A stretch of DNA of 64,000 nucleotides from Micavibrio aeruginosavorus (GTDB taxonomy: Bacteria; Pseudomonadota; Alphaproteobacteria; Micavibrionales; Micavibrionaceae). The position numbers and the translations under genes are program-made. Shown here piece by piece: positions 45,577 through 54,350 of the stretch; the stretch's first letter is position 1; each line of letters starts with the position of its first letter. Location of the stretch: assembly GCA_003241285.1 (NCBI GenBank), contig QFOT01000001.1:4645-68644 (forward strand), given 5' to 3'. A model generated the notes under the pieces. That model searched no databases. It was given only the letters and a program-made list of their open reading frames with translations, and had not been told where the DNA came from.

Positions 45577-47443
45577 TGCGTTGTTTTTGCTTCACGTGGC
45601 GGAGCAGGGCGGTAAGGGCTGCGGGCGTTACTCCCGGAATTCTAGAAGCGGCGCCGAGGGTTTCGGGGCGAACATGGTCCAGTTTTTGACGGATTTCCAC
45701 GGAAAGACTGCCAATTAAAGAATAGTCCAAATCCAGCGGAAGTAGTAGGGATTCATCCTTTTTAAAGGCCAAAACATCGGAATCCTGACGATCCATATAG
45801 CCGGCATAGGTAGCGTCAATTTCGATTTGTTCCCGAATTGGCGCGGAAATATTATTCATTACAGGCCAGATTTTGGCCAAATCGGCCCATTCAATATTCG
45901 GATACCTCAGTAAATCAAAAGCAGACCGGCGCTGGCCGTCCATCGTGATCTGGAGGCCTAATTTCAATAGTTCGTTTGGCGTCATTTTAAGCGATGACAT
46001 CAATTCCCGCGCGGTTTCAAGCTTAGTTCGTTTGTCTAGCCAAATGCCGATTCTTTCTTCGCCAACGCAGCCAATTTGAGTGCCGAGATCAGTCAGGCGC
46101 TGATCGGCATTATCCGCCCGCAGGCGAAGACGATATTCAGCCCGGCTGGTGAACATCCGGTAAGGCTCCGGGGCGCCGCGCGTAATAAGGTCATCGATCA
46201 AAACGCCGATATAGGCGGTGGCGCGGTCCAGAGTAAAAGTTTCACCGGGGCGCAGGACGGACAGGGCGGCATTAATACCGGCCATGATGCCTTGCGCTCC
46301 GGCTTCTTCATAGCCAGTGGTGCCATTGATCTGACCCGCGAGGAAAAGCCCGTTTTGCCGCTTCGACTCAAGTGTGGATTTAAGATCACGCGGATCGCAG
46401 TAATCATATTCGACGGCATAGCCGTACTCGATAACTTTGGTGTTTTCCAAGCCTGGAATAGTGCGCAAAATGGCGTCCTGAACATCTTCGGGCAGGGAGG
46501 TGGAAATACCGTTCGGGTAGACCGTATGATCGTCAAGCCCTTCAGGCTCAAGGAAAATCTGGTGACGGTCCTTACCGGCAAAACGCATGATCTTGTCTTC
46601 GATGGACGGGCAATAACGCGGCCCCTTGCTCTGGATCTGGCCCGAATACATCGGCGCCCGCTGTATATTATCGCGGATAACCTGATGGGTTTTCTCGGAT
46701 GTATAGGTCATATAACAGGAAATTTGCGGGACGGTAATCCTATCCGTCATAAAAGAAAACGGCACCGGGTTTTCGTCGGATTTCTGTTCTTCCAGGATCG
46801 ACCAGTTTATAGTGCGCCCGTCCAGCCGCGCCGGGGTCCCGGTTTTCAGGCGTCCCAGTGGCAGACCCATTTTTTCCAATGTGAGCGCCAGCCCGACGGA
46901 CGGCCCTTCGCCAACCCGGCCAGCCGGGATCTGGGTTTCGCCGCGATGGATAATCCCGCGCAAGAATGTACCGGAGGTAATGATGACAGCTTTGGCCCCC
47001 AGCCTGTCGCCAGTTTGAAGCGTTACGCCCCGAATCTCGCTATTTTCTATAATCAAATCCTCGGCAGAGCCCTCGACAATCGATAAATTGTCATAATCAT
47101 TGAGGATCGATTGCATCGCCTCGCGGTAGAGCTTGCGGTCGGCCTGCGCCCGGGGTCCGCGCACGGCGGGACCTTTGGAGGCGTTGAGCATGCGAAACTG
47201 GATTCCGGCCCGGTCGATAACCCGGCCCATCAGCCCGTCGAGCGCATCGATCTCGCGGACCAGATGGCCCTTGCCCAGGCCGCCGATAGCGGGGTTGCAC
47301 GACATGACGCCGATCGTCGATTTCTTGTGAGTGAGCAGCGCGGTTTTCGCGCCCATACGCGCCGAAGCCGCCGCCGCTTCACAGCCGGCATGCCCGCCGC
47401 CAATCACGATGACATCGAAAAGCGCATCAGATGAAATTTCCAT
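45566..47443 (-). CDS. mnmG: tRNA uridine 5-carboxymethylaminomethyl modification enzyme MnmG (GidA)
   Basis: 625 aa with the FAD motif [14 protein letters not shown]. Confidence 0.97.
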   Translation of the reverse strand: MEISSDALFDVIVIGGGHAGCEAAAASARMGAKTALLTHKKSTIGVMSCNPAIGGLGKGHLVREIDALDGLMGRVIDRAGIQFRMLNASKGPAVRGPRAQADRKLYREAMQSILNDYDNLSIVEGSAEDLIIENSEIRGVTLQTGDRLGAKAVIITSGTFLRGIIHRGETQIPAGRVGEGPSVGLALTLEKMGLPLGRLKTGTPARLDGRTINWSILEEQKSDENPVPFSFMTDRITVPQISCYMTYTSEKTHQVIRDNIQRAPMYSGQIQSKGPRYCPSIEDKIMRFAGKDRHQIFLEPEGLDDHTVYPNGISTSLPEDVQDAILRTIPGLENTKVIEYGYAVEYDYCDPRDLKSTLESKRQNGLFLAGQINGTTGYEEAGAQGIMAGINAALSVLRPGETFTLDRATAYIGVLIDDLITRGAPEPYRMFTSRAEYRLRLRADNADQRLTDLGTQIGCVGEERIGIWLDKRTKLETARELMSSLKMTPNELLKLGLQITMDGQRRSAFDLLRYPNIEWADLAKIWPVMNNISAPIREQIEIDATYAGYMDRQDSDVLAFKKDESLLLPLDLDYSLIGSLSVEIRQKLDHVRPETLGAASRIPGVTPAALTALLRHVKQKQRNAA

Positions 47444-47464
47444 GGGTGAAGTGATACATCAGCC

Positions 47465-47473
47465 TGTGGATAA
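47465..47473 (-). promoter_or_regulatory. perfect DnaA-box 9-mer (TTATCCACA on the minus strand)
   Basis: tgtggataa lies 22 nt upstream of the mnmG start codon. Confidence 0.35.
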
Positions 47474-47697
47474 ATTGCAATGAAAACCAGCCCGTCCTTA
47501 CCCGGCCCGTATCGATCTTGGGGACGGCTGGAGAAAAAGAAACGCAAGGCTAAGCGCAATGACATTTTAGATGGAATAAGGCTGTAAAAATTTTTCGGAG
47601 CGTTTTCAATCCGCTCATGCCCTTCGCGGTGAATGATTAAGGGATGCTGTTATCCCGGACCGCGGCGTAAAGAATTCTCACGCCGCGCCTTGTGCAA

Positions 47698-47809
47698 AAA
47701 TCAAGTTCTCAACCGACAGTATAATAATGAATCAAGATTTCGCGTTAGGGATTGAAGAAGATAATATTGTAACGCATCATTTCAAAAAATTATCAGGGGA
47801 GATTCGATG
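47698..47809 (+). repeat. ~112-nt promoter/leader cassette, copy 1
   Basis: About 90% identical by eye to 48832..48944. Contains TATAAT (47720..47725), a 27-codon uORF (47727..47810) and SD aggggag before the ATG at 47807. Confidence 0.85.
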
Positions 47810-48055
47810 AATATATTTAAGTATGTGTTATTTGTTTTATTTATCTTAATTCCATTAAGTTCTGCCCTCTCTGCCTCAGAAGACACGAAGGAGCCTTTCA
47901 CTCAATGCAATGAGGGGCAACATATTCAGCTCGAACTAGGCAAGCAGCATATAAAATTTTCTATCCCGGAAAAATATTTCTCTCCAAGGGATATTTACAA
48001 GAAAGTTCAAGATCCAGCTGAGCTAATTAGTGTTCAGCTAAAAAAACCGATATGA
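47807..48055 (+). CDS. secreted hypothetical protein, N-terminal part of a probably split gene
   Basis: 82 aa with signal peptide ...SSALSA/SE. Ends in an ATGA overlap with the next ORF, immediately after an A7 tract (48040..48046). Confidence 0.5.
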   Translation: MNIFKYVLFVLFILIPLSSALSASEDTKEPFTQCNEGQHIQLELGKQHIKFSIPEKYFSPRDIYKKVQDPAELISVQLKKPI

Positions 48056-48483
48056 CGCAAAACTGTCATGAAGGGTTTTCAACCAATAAAATATCAAGTC
48101 AGTTTTACAAGGTAACAATTCACCCCTATGGGGGCAATGTAATACCTAATGCGATTAAATTTGAGTTACGCTGGCAGCCTATTGACAAAGGGATTGTGTC
48201 AAATGAATTTCAATTATTTACGAATGAATACAAAGAAGAAAGGCAATGGGAAAGAACAGATTTGCTTATACCTGTAGACAAAAAACAATCTAAAATTCTA
48301 TTTTTAAAATGTTTGTATTCATTACCTTCAGTTACACCCACCAAAATGACAGGTTGCGGCGTTACCTCAGACTTCGAGGGAAGAATGTATTTGAGATATA
48401 GCATAAAGCCTGAAGAAATCGGGAATTATAAAGAAATTGATCAAAAAATTAAATCCAAGCTTTCTGAGTTTATGGTCGAATAA
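48052..48483 (+). CDS. hypothetical protein, C-terminal part of a probably split gene
   Basis: 143 aa. Its C-terminal region aligns with the C-terminus of ORF 50028..51287 (MYLRYSIKPEEIGNYKEIDQKIKSKLSEF versus DYDIRYTFDKRSIENYPAINREIKNFIAKY). Confidence 0.5.
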   Translation: MTQNCHEGFSTNKISSQFYKVTIHPYGGNVIPNAIKFELRWQPIDKGIVSNEFQLFTNEYKEERQWERTDLLIPVDKKQSKILFLKCLYSLPSVTPTKMTGCGVTSDFEGRMYLRYSIKPEEIGNYKEIDQKIKSKLSEFMVE

Positions 48484-48513
48484 TTTGAAAAAATATTCAG
48501 GAGAGATTCGATG
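48484..48513 (+). repeat. partial (3' end) copy of the leader cassette
   Basis: tttgaaaaaatattcaggagagattcgatg matches the last ~30 nt of the cassette, including the SD and ATG. Confidence 0.7.
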
Positions 48514-48663
48514 AAGAGATTATCCAAAAAACAGAAGGTTATTATCGCTGCTTGCTGCTTGCTCTTTGCTGCTTGCTGTTTATTGCTTTCTATTAACTCT
48601 GAAAATAATTCCCATACGATTAGTCAGCCAAGATTGCGAGTTAATGAGTTCCGAACAAAATAA
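48511..48663 (+). CDS. putative 50-aa lipoprotein/secreted peptide
   Basis: MKRLSKKQKVIIAACCLLFAACCLLLSINSENNSHTISQPRLRVNEFRTK, with SD aggagag. Has a lipobox-like IAAC. Below the ORF-track cutoff. Confidence 0.4.
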   Translation: MKRLSKKQKVIIAACCLLFAACCLLLSINSENNSHTISQPRLRVNEFRTK

Positions 48664-48681
48664 ACTGTAAAGGAGCAAACT

Positions 48682-48831
48682 ATGACATCTTATCATGACT
48701 ATGAAGAGCTGTTACTAACCCACAATTTTATTGGCGGTGCAGGCCAATTTCAGATTACAAATCTTTCTAATGATGCGCGTGCAAAAGTCGATGAAGATAT
48801 AAACGGATTTTATCAATCTGGTCTTTCATAA
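48682..48831 (+). CDS. putative 49-aa protein
   Basis: MTSYHDYEELLLTHNFIGGAGQFQITNLSNDARAKVDEDINGFYQSGLS, with a strong SD (aaaggag) 7 nt upstream. Confidence 0.4.
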   Translation: MTSYHDYEELLLTHNFIGGAGQFQITNLSNDARAKVDEDINGFYQSGLS

Positions 48832-48944
48832 AAATCAAATTCTCAGCCGACAGTATAATAATGAATCAAGATTTTGCGTTAGAGATTGACGAAGATAATA
48901 TTGTGACGAATCATTTCAAAAAAATATTCAGGGGAGATTCGATG
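48832..48944 (+). repeat. ~113-nt promoter/leader cassette, copy 2 (full length)
   Basis: Same cassette as 47698..47809 with one extra A in the A-run. The extra base puts the uORF in frame with the downstream ORF, which is why the track shows a 114-aa ORF from 48861. Confidence 0.85.
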
Positions 48945-49205
48945 AAGAAGTTATCAAAAAGAAAAATTATAGTTTTCAATACTGCGCTTTTCACTCTTTT
49001 ATTAATATTCATTCTTATTAATCAGAAAGATATTAGACAAGACCTTTGTACAAAAGAAATAACTTGCTTTGGGTTTCATACGAATCCTCAAAGCGGCTGC
49101 GCTATGACAGAATTAGGAGAATGCATTAGTCCAAAGTACAAAAGACTTAACTCAGGTTGCACAAGAGATGCAAACGGAGAATGTTTCAAGCAAATTGAAT
49201 TTTAA
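48942..49205 (+). CDS. small Cys-rich membrane-anchored/secreted protein (87 aa)
   Basis: MKKLSKRKIIVFNTALFTLLLIFILINQ... followed by 6 Cys (CTKEITC...GC...GEC...GC...GEC). SD aggggag lies upstream. Confidence 0.5.
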   Translation: MKKLSKRKIIVFNTALFTLLLIFILINQKDIRQDLCTKEITCFGFHTNPQSGCAMTELGECISPKYKRLNSGCTRDANGECFKQIEF

Positions 49206-49259
49206 GGTTTAAAATTGCCTGATTAAATTCATCATTCATGTCGCGGCTTGCCATTTAGT

Positions 49260-49997
49260 TTAATCGCCGTCTTTTTCGGGTTCGAAATCGCCGCTCATGG
49301 TCGTGGAGGTCAGGTCAAAAAAACTTCGATCGATGAAAACTTCGTCGTCACGGTATCTCACGTTCAGGGAGACCTGACCGCCCCATCTTTTTTCGAGGCA
49401 ATTGTTGAAAAACTCCAAAAAGCGGTCGAAGCGTTTTATCATCCGTGTAATCTGCAAAGGTGAGAGGTTGAAGAGATCGCCGATTTCCTTTTTCGCGTCT
49501 TCGAAAGCCAGGATCATCACGTTGCGGTAAAAATCACGCTGGCCCATATCCAGGTTGATGCGCCTGGCTTCGTTCACTTCAATCTGGTCGGCATGTAAGT
49601 CGCAAAACGCATCGATCCCAACAGGCTCGAACTTGCTGTCTTTTATTTCGCGCATACGCTCCCGGCTTTTCGCAATTAATTCCCGGTCGAATTCGGCCTT
49701 ATCCTTGTCCGGCCCTTGAACGGCCAAATGCAAATACAGATTGGCGTCGCGCATAACGTCCTGATTGACCGACATGCAGGTTTTCGGAACGGGCGTCACC
49801 TGCAGATAGAGAATGCTATAAACAAAACGAAGCGCGATTGTGGAATCGTCTTCAGGCACGTAATTGCAATAACGGTCGCGGTTAAAATGTGACATCGCAT
49901 CCCGCAGGGCGAGGGAATAGAAATGAATACGGGCATCGGGGGTGAGGAGGCTTAATTCCTCCGCAAATGCCGGGTGAAAGTAAGCCGTTCTCTTCAT
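49260..49997 (-). CDS. hypothetical protein (245 aa)
   Basis: ORF only. The segment IGDLFNLSPLQITRMIKRF is weakly HTH-like. Divergent from the 50028 gene. Confidence 0.5.
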   Translation of the reverse strand: MKRTAYFHPAFAEELSLLTPDARIHFYSLALRDAMSHFNRDRYCNYVPEDDSTIALRFVYSILYLQVTPVPKTCMSVNQDVMRDANLYLHLAVQGPDKDKAEFDRELIAKSRERMREIKDSKFEPVGIDAFCDLHADQIEVNEARRINLDMGQRDFYRNVMILAFEDAKKEIGDLFNLSPLQITRMIKRFDRFLEFFNNCLEKRWGGQVSLNVRYRDDEVFIDRSFFDLTSTTMSGDFEPEKDGD

Positions 49998-50027
49998 AAG
50001 AAAAAAGATAAATCAGGCGGGCAAATA

Positions 50028-51287
50028 ATGTCAAGGATTAAAATCCTAATACACACATTGAACACTCTTGTGTGCATGGATTTTAAGATCTTCCGTGATA
50101 GATTTATTCATATGCCCACTCATTTCCTCTCGCGCGCGGCTAAATCCCTGTCCTGGTGGACGGGGGTTTTGTATCTTTCGGCCTTCGTTCTCAATACCGG
50201 CCTGCTCTGGTTTTTAATCCGCAAGGCGGGGGCGTGCAGTTTCTACGATGTCGGGATTATCCTTGTCCGCTGCGGCGAGGGGGATCTGGCGAGGTTCCTC
50301 GATGTCTTCCTGCTGTATTTCTCGCCGCTCGTGGCGCCGGTCATCGCCCTGAACTGGAGAATGTTTTTCTTCGAACCTTTCCTCGCCAGTGAATTCCAGT
50401 ACCGCCTGCTGTTTATCTTTTTCTTCGTTTCATTCTTCGTCATTTTCTCTTCGCTCTTTGTGCTGCGAAAAATGGTGAAAGGATTCCTGATCCGCCGCCA
50501 CGACCGCGAGGCGGGAAAACACGCCTGGATTATACTGGCGATTATTCTCATCCCGGCGCTGCTGAGTTTTTCCTACCGGCTTTATCTTTTGCCGCCCAAC
50601 TGGTCCGGCATGACGATGCATGTCGATTTCTGGCATGGGCAATTCGACGTGCCGCGCGGCGAGATGACGGACTGGAACGTCCTGCCGCGCCCAAGGCCCG
50701 AGCGAAAACCGGCTGAATATGCCGGGAAACTGACGCGCTGGTGGAAGGTCGTGCCCTATATCAATTTCAATTATCCGATCACTCCCGCCATCGGCGATAA
50801 CGCGCCGGATGAAACGGTGCAGGTGCAGGTCAATCCGCATCACGAAGCCAGAAGCCGGGAGATGATGCAGGCGGAGCGGGAGAAATTTCTTGCTTATCGG
50901 CTGAGCCTGAAAAGCGAAAAAGACGATCTGCCGATCTATCCTGCAGAGCCTCTTCGCGAGAATGGCTGGGAAATATATAAGGCAAATTATTTTTATGAAG
51001 ATGTGTTTCAGGACATATATGTAGCGCGCAAAAACGGCACTATCGAAAATTTGCTGTATTGCACGCCTTCGCATGCCTGCGCGGTAAAGACCAGATTTTC
51101 CTGGGCATCCTATCCGTGCGAGGCGACGAAAGATTGCGGCTCATGCAAAAAAATATGCATGGATGTGTCGCAAGGAACGGGGGATTACGACATCCGCTAT
51201 ACGTTCGATAAAAGAAGCATCGAGAATTATCCGGCGATCAATCGAGAGATAAAGAATTTCATCGCCAAGTATTACACGGCGTACTAA
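50028..51287 (+). CDS. hypothetical integral membrane protein with an extracytoplasmic C-terminal domain
   Basis: Track ORF is 49974..51287; the start is uncertain (50028, 50076 or 50112). Has 4-5 TM helices followed by a soluble Cys-containing domain homologous to 47807..48483. Confidence 0.6.
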   Translation: MSRIKILIHTLNTLVCMDFKIFRDRFIHMPTHFLSRAAKSLSWWTGVLYLSAFVLNTGLLWFLIRKAGACSFYDVGIILVRCGEGDLARFLDVFLLYFSPLVAPVIALNWRMFFFEPFLASEFQYRLLFIFFFVSFFVIFSSLFVLRKMVKGFLIRRHDREAGKHAWIILAIILIPALLSFSYRLYLLPPNWSGMTMHVDFWHGQFDVPRGEMTDWNVLPRPRPERKPAEYAGKLTRWWKVVPYINFNYPITPAIGDNAPDETVQVQVNPHHEARSREMMQAEREKFLAYRLSLKSEKDDLPIYPAEPLRENGWEIYKANYFYEDVFQDIYVARKNGTIENLLYCTPSHACAVKTRFSWASYPCEATKDCGSCKKICMDVSQGTGDYDIRYTFDKRSIENYPAINREIKNFIAKYYTAY

Positions 51288-51298
51288 AGGGGAAGAGT

Positions 51299-52225
51299 GT
51301 GATGAAGAAAATAATTTTGTCCGTGATTCTGTGCGTCCTGTCTTTTCAGGCGCAGGCAAACACATTGCGCGATATCTCCTATGGCCCGCAAAAAGAGCAG
51401 AAGATCGATGTCTATCTTCCCTCTGCACCCAAAGCGGCCCCTGTCATCTTCATGGTACATGGCGGCGGCTGGAAAAACGGCGATAAGGAAATGAGCCGCG
51501 TCGTTGAGAACAAGGCGGCGCGCTGGGTAGGTGCGGGATTTATTTTTATCTCGGTCAATTATCCGATGCTGCCCGACAGCAGCGTTTCGCAGCAAACGGA
51601 TAATATTGCCAAGGCGCTGGCTTTCTCGCAGCAAGAGGCAGGCAAATGGGGCGGCGACAAAAATAAATTCATCCTAATGGGCCATTCGGCAGGCGGGCAT
51701 TTAGTATCGCTTCTCAATGCCAATCCGGACCCCGTCTATAAGATGGGTGCCAGTGAATGGCTTGGCACCGTATCGCTCGATAGCGCCGGGATGGATATCG
51801 TCAAGGCGATGAAGATGCCGCATTTTAAATTATATGATGAAGTTTTCGGCAGTATGAATGAGGAAGGCTGGGCGAGCCTGTCGCCCTATCATCAATTATC
51901 AAACACGACGCGGCCATGGCTCGGTGTCTGTTCTTCGACACGCAAAATTTCCTGCCCGCAAAATGAGGACTATGCTGCCAAGGCAAAATCCTTGGGTGTC
52001 AGGGCGCAGGTTTTGCCCATAGCGCTGAAACATGGCGAGATCAACGAGCAACTCGGACTGGAGAATGACTATACAAAACAGGTTGAGGAATTTATGGCTT
52101 CTCTCGATCCGGCGGTCGCCGCGCTTTTAAGCAATAGCAAAGCAACTCCGGCCTCTACATCCTCGCCAGACAAACGAGAAGGCCCGTTGCGCAGATATCT
52201 CCGCGAACGGGCCAGTCATCGCTAA
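51299..52225 (+). CDS. secreted alpha/beta-hydrolase (esterase/lipase-type)
   Basis: Signal peptide MKKIILSVILCVLSFQAQA, oxyanion motif HGGGWKNGDK and nucleophile elbow GHSAGGH. Confidence 0.8.
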   Translation: MMKKIILSVILCVLSFQAQANTLRDISYGPQKEQKIDVYLPSAPKAAPVIFMVHGGGWKNGDKEMSRVVENKAARWVGAGFIFISVNYPMLPDSSVSQQTDNIAKALAFSQQEAGKWGGDKNKFILMGHSAGGHLVSLLNANPDPVYKMGASEWLGTVSLDSAGMDIVKAMKMPHFKLYDEVFGSMNEEGWASLSPYHQLSNTTRPWLGVCSSTRKISCPQNEDYAAKAKSLGVRAQVLPIALKHGEINEQLGLENDYTKQVEEFMASLDPAVAALLSNSKATPASTSSPDKREGPLRRYLRERASHR

Positions 52226-52238
52226 TTGAATGAAATTT

Positions 52239-52751
52239 CTAAGACGCGAGGCGCACGGTTTTATTTTCACCGGCCTCAGGCGGCTCGCCTGTCAGTTTCG
52301 CCTTCACATAGCCATAGGCATGGACGAATTTTGAAGACGGCGCATCCCAATACTCCGCCGTTTCAGGCTTGAATTTAATCAGGCAGATATTCGGATCACT
52401 CTTGCCCTGCGGGAACCAGACGGAGAGCGCATCGCTCCAAAGCTCATCGATCTTATTCCGGTCGTCTGTAATTTGCGCCGTGCCGCTTAAGGACACGTAG
52501 TTATTGCTGGCCGGATCGGAGTAGCTCACCAGCATCGACGAATCCGCTTTTATCTCGGCGACTTTCGGTGAATCTTTCGAGGTGAAATACCAAAGCTCGT
52601 TGCGGCTATCGGTGCTGTCCTTCTGCTGCGCGGCCATCGGGCGTGAATACATGCGGCCTTCCCGGTCCTGCGTTACCATCATCGCAAATTTGATGTCCTT
52701 GATCAGGTCAAATACTTTATTGCGCGCTTCCATGTCATTATCTGCGGTCAT
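52239..52751 (-). CDS. pyridoxamine 5'-phosphate oxidase-family protein (general stress protein 26-like)
   Basis: 170 aa: ...IKFAMMVTQDREGRMYSRPM...LWYFTSKDSPK...AEYWD. Confidence 0.7.
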   Translation of the reverse strand: MTADNDMEARNKVFDLIKDIKFAMMVTQDREGRMYSRPMAAQQKDSTDSRNELWYFTSKDSPKVAEIKADSSMLVSYSDPASNNYVSLSGTAQITDDRNKIDELWSDALSVWFPQGKSDPNICLIKFKPETAEYWDAPSSKFVHAYGYVKAKLTGEPPEAGENKTVRLAS

Positions 52752-52802
52752 CTTGTCCTCTTTCGTTTGATTGCAAACAAATCAGGAGCAAGAAGGGTTC
52801 CG

Positions 52803-54278
52803 TCAGGATATGACAGGCTGTAATTCCGGCGCTGGAAAAAGGCGTCTATGCTCTTCCTGCATCAGGCGCATATAAGTGCCCAGATGCCATGGCGAGGGTT
52901 TGAACGGTTCGATCGTTTTTATATTCCAGCCATCTGGCATTTCGGTGAGGCCATGGATCGTAAAATGACCGTCATATTTTAATCGGGCTTCCTCGATCCG
53001 TTTCTGGAAGTAAGGATTTAGAAATTTTCCATTGGAGGGCGTCGCATAAACCATATCCTCTGTGGTCGCTATGCGCACAAGCTGGTCGATAACCACCACC
53101 GTCCCGTTCATGTGAAAATCGACCGGGTCGCAAATCTTCACGGTGTTGGCGAAACCATCGCTCTCATGGCGGCAGGGAATGACATCGGCTCCCGCTATAT
53201 TGCCGTTCTCATCTTTAAAAAGATTCCAGACGATGCCGCGGTCAGACAAGCCCGGAGAGAAGGGGGAGGGAATAACCAGAATGTTCCCGCGCTTGAGCTG
53301 GAAGTTCTCAAAGGAAGTATCGCAAAAATTTTCGCTCAACGTATTTTCGATGACCGGCCTGGCTGAAGATTTTTTTGCAGGAAGCGCGGCAGGTTTGGCG
53401 ACATCCGCCTGCGCCTCTGCGCCGGCACGTTTTATTTCTATGCCATTAAAAAGGCTGGTTAGGGCGGATAGATCGGCTATCACATTTTCCGGACGTTCCG
53501 GTTTAATCTTCTTCTTTGCAGGTTGCGTAAAATTGGCTTCCTCGATCAATTTTGCCAGAAGCTCTGGATTTTGTTTCCACCAAGGTTCGGTTTTTGAAAT
53601 CTCCGCCACGGGCATGACGTCTTCGGCAATCGTTTCCGCTTTAAGAGCCTCTTCCGTAGCCTGTATAAAAGCGGGCTTGGTTGAAGCGCTCAGCATAAAA
53701 TCCTTATGCAATTGTCTGGACTTTTCCATCATCTGCCGGGAACGCTCATACAGGGCCAATTCATAATCTCTGTACTGCGAGCCGGATATCATTCCCGGAA
53801 ACCACGCGGGCTTGGAATCTTTCGTGCTCCGGCTTAGCAGAATGTCATCCGGGCCCAGTTCAAGAAAAAGACTGTTTTCCGCCTGGTGACCTTTTAGTCC
53901 TTTCTCAAGCGCTTTTGAAACGTCATGCCAAAAAGAACTATCCTGAACATAGGCAATCTTTTTCAGGGAAGGTGTAAAGAACTCCTCATAAAGGGGAATG
54001 ATATCTATCCGGTTTGTACGCAACATAAGATTTTTTTCGTTCAGACGGGCGATAACAGGCTGATCTGCGACGGGGAAAACAATATCATGCTGAAGAATTT
54101 TTGCCGTGTTGTAGGAGAAACGCGAAGCGGCAATAGCGTGAGGCTCTGCCTCTCCTTTTTTGAATACAAAGCCATGGATGAGAAGGCTGCGCGGCCAGAG
54201 ATCCGTTTCACCGCTATGAGGAATAAAGGCGCGGACGATGCTGCCCCGGCGAATGGCTGGATTGATATGAATACTCAT
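52803..54278 (-). CDS. hypothetical protein (491 aa) with possible duplicated terminal modules
   Basis: ORF only. The N-terminal RRGSIVRAFIPHSG and C-terminal KRGNILVIPSPFSPG openings look related. The central region is charged and Ala/Lys/Pro-rich. Confidence 0.55.
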   Translation of the reverse strand: MSIHINPAIRRGSIVRAFIPHSGETDLWPRSLLIHGFVFKKGEAEPHAIAASRFSYNTAKILQHDIVFPVADQPVIARLNEKNLMLRTNRIDIIPLYEEFFTPSLKKIAYVQDSSFWHDVSKALEKGLKGHQAENSLFLELGPDDILLSRSTKDSKPAWFPGMISGSQYRDYELALYERSRQMMEKSRQLHKDFMLSASTKPAFIQATEEALKAETIAEDVMPVAEISKTEPWWKQNPELLAKLIEEANFTQPAKKKIKPERPENVIADLSALTSLFNGIEIKRAGAEAQADVAKPAALPAKKSSARPVIENTLSENFCDTSFENFQLKRGNILVIPSPFSPGLSDRGIVWNLFKDENGNIAGADVIPCRHESDGFANTVKICDPVDFHMNGTVVVIDQLVRIATTEDMVYATPSNGKFLNPYFQKRIEEARLKYDGHFTIHGLTEMPDGWNIKTIEPFKPSPWHLGTYMRLMQEEHRRLFPAPELQPVIS

Positions 54279-54350
54279 TACGGCTTCCCTTTACGCAAAA
54301 TAACGGCGAACCTTATCGGCAAAGGGCAAAATTTGTCAAATTTGGCGGCG

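Noticed and set aside
45587-45602. A third parS-like sequence (ttgcttcacgtggcgg).
   Set aside because: Only the central CACGTG and the left arm match, about 11 of 16 positions. I treat it as a half-site and not as a feature.
48861-49205. The 114-aa track ORF taken as the true gene model.
   Set aside because: Its first 27 codons are the cassette uORF, fused in frame only because of one extra A. A strong SD directly precedes the internal ATG at 48942, which also aligns with the starts used after the other cassette copies.
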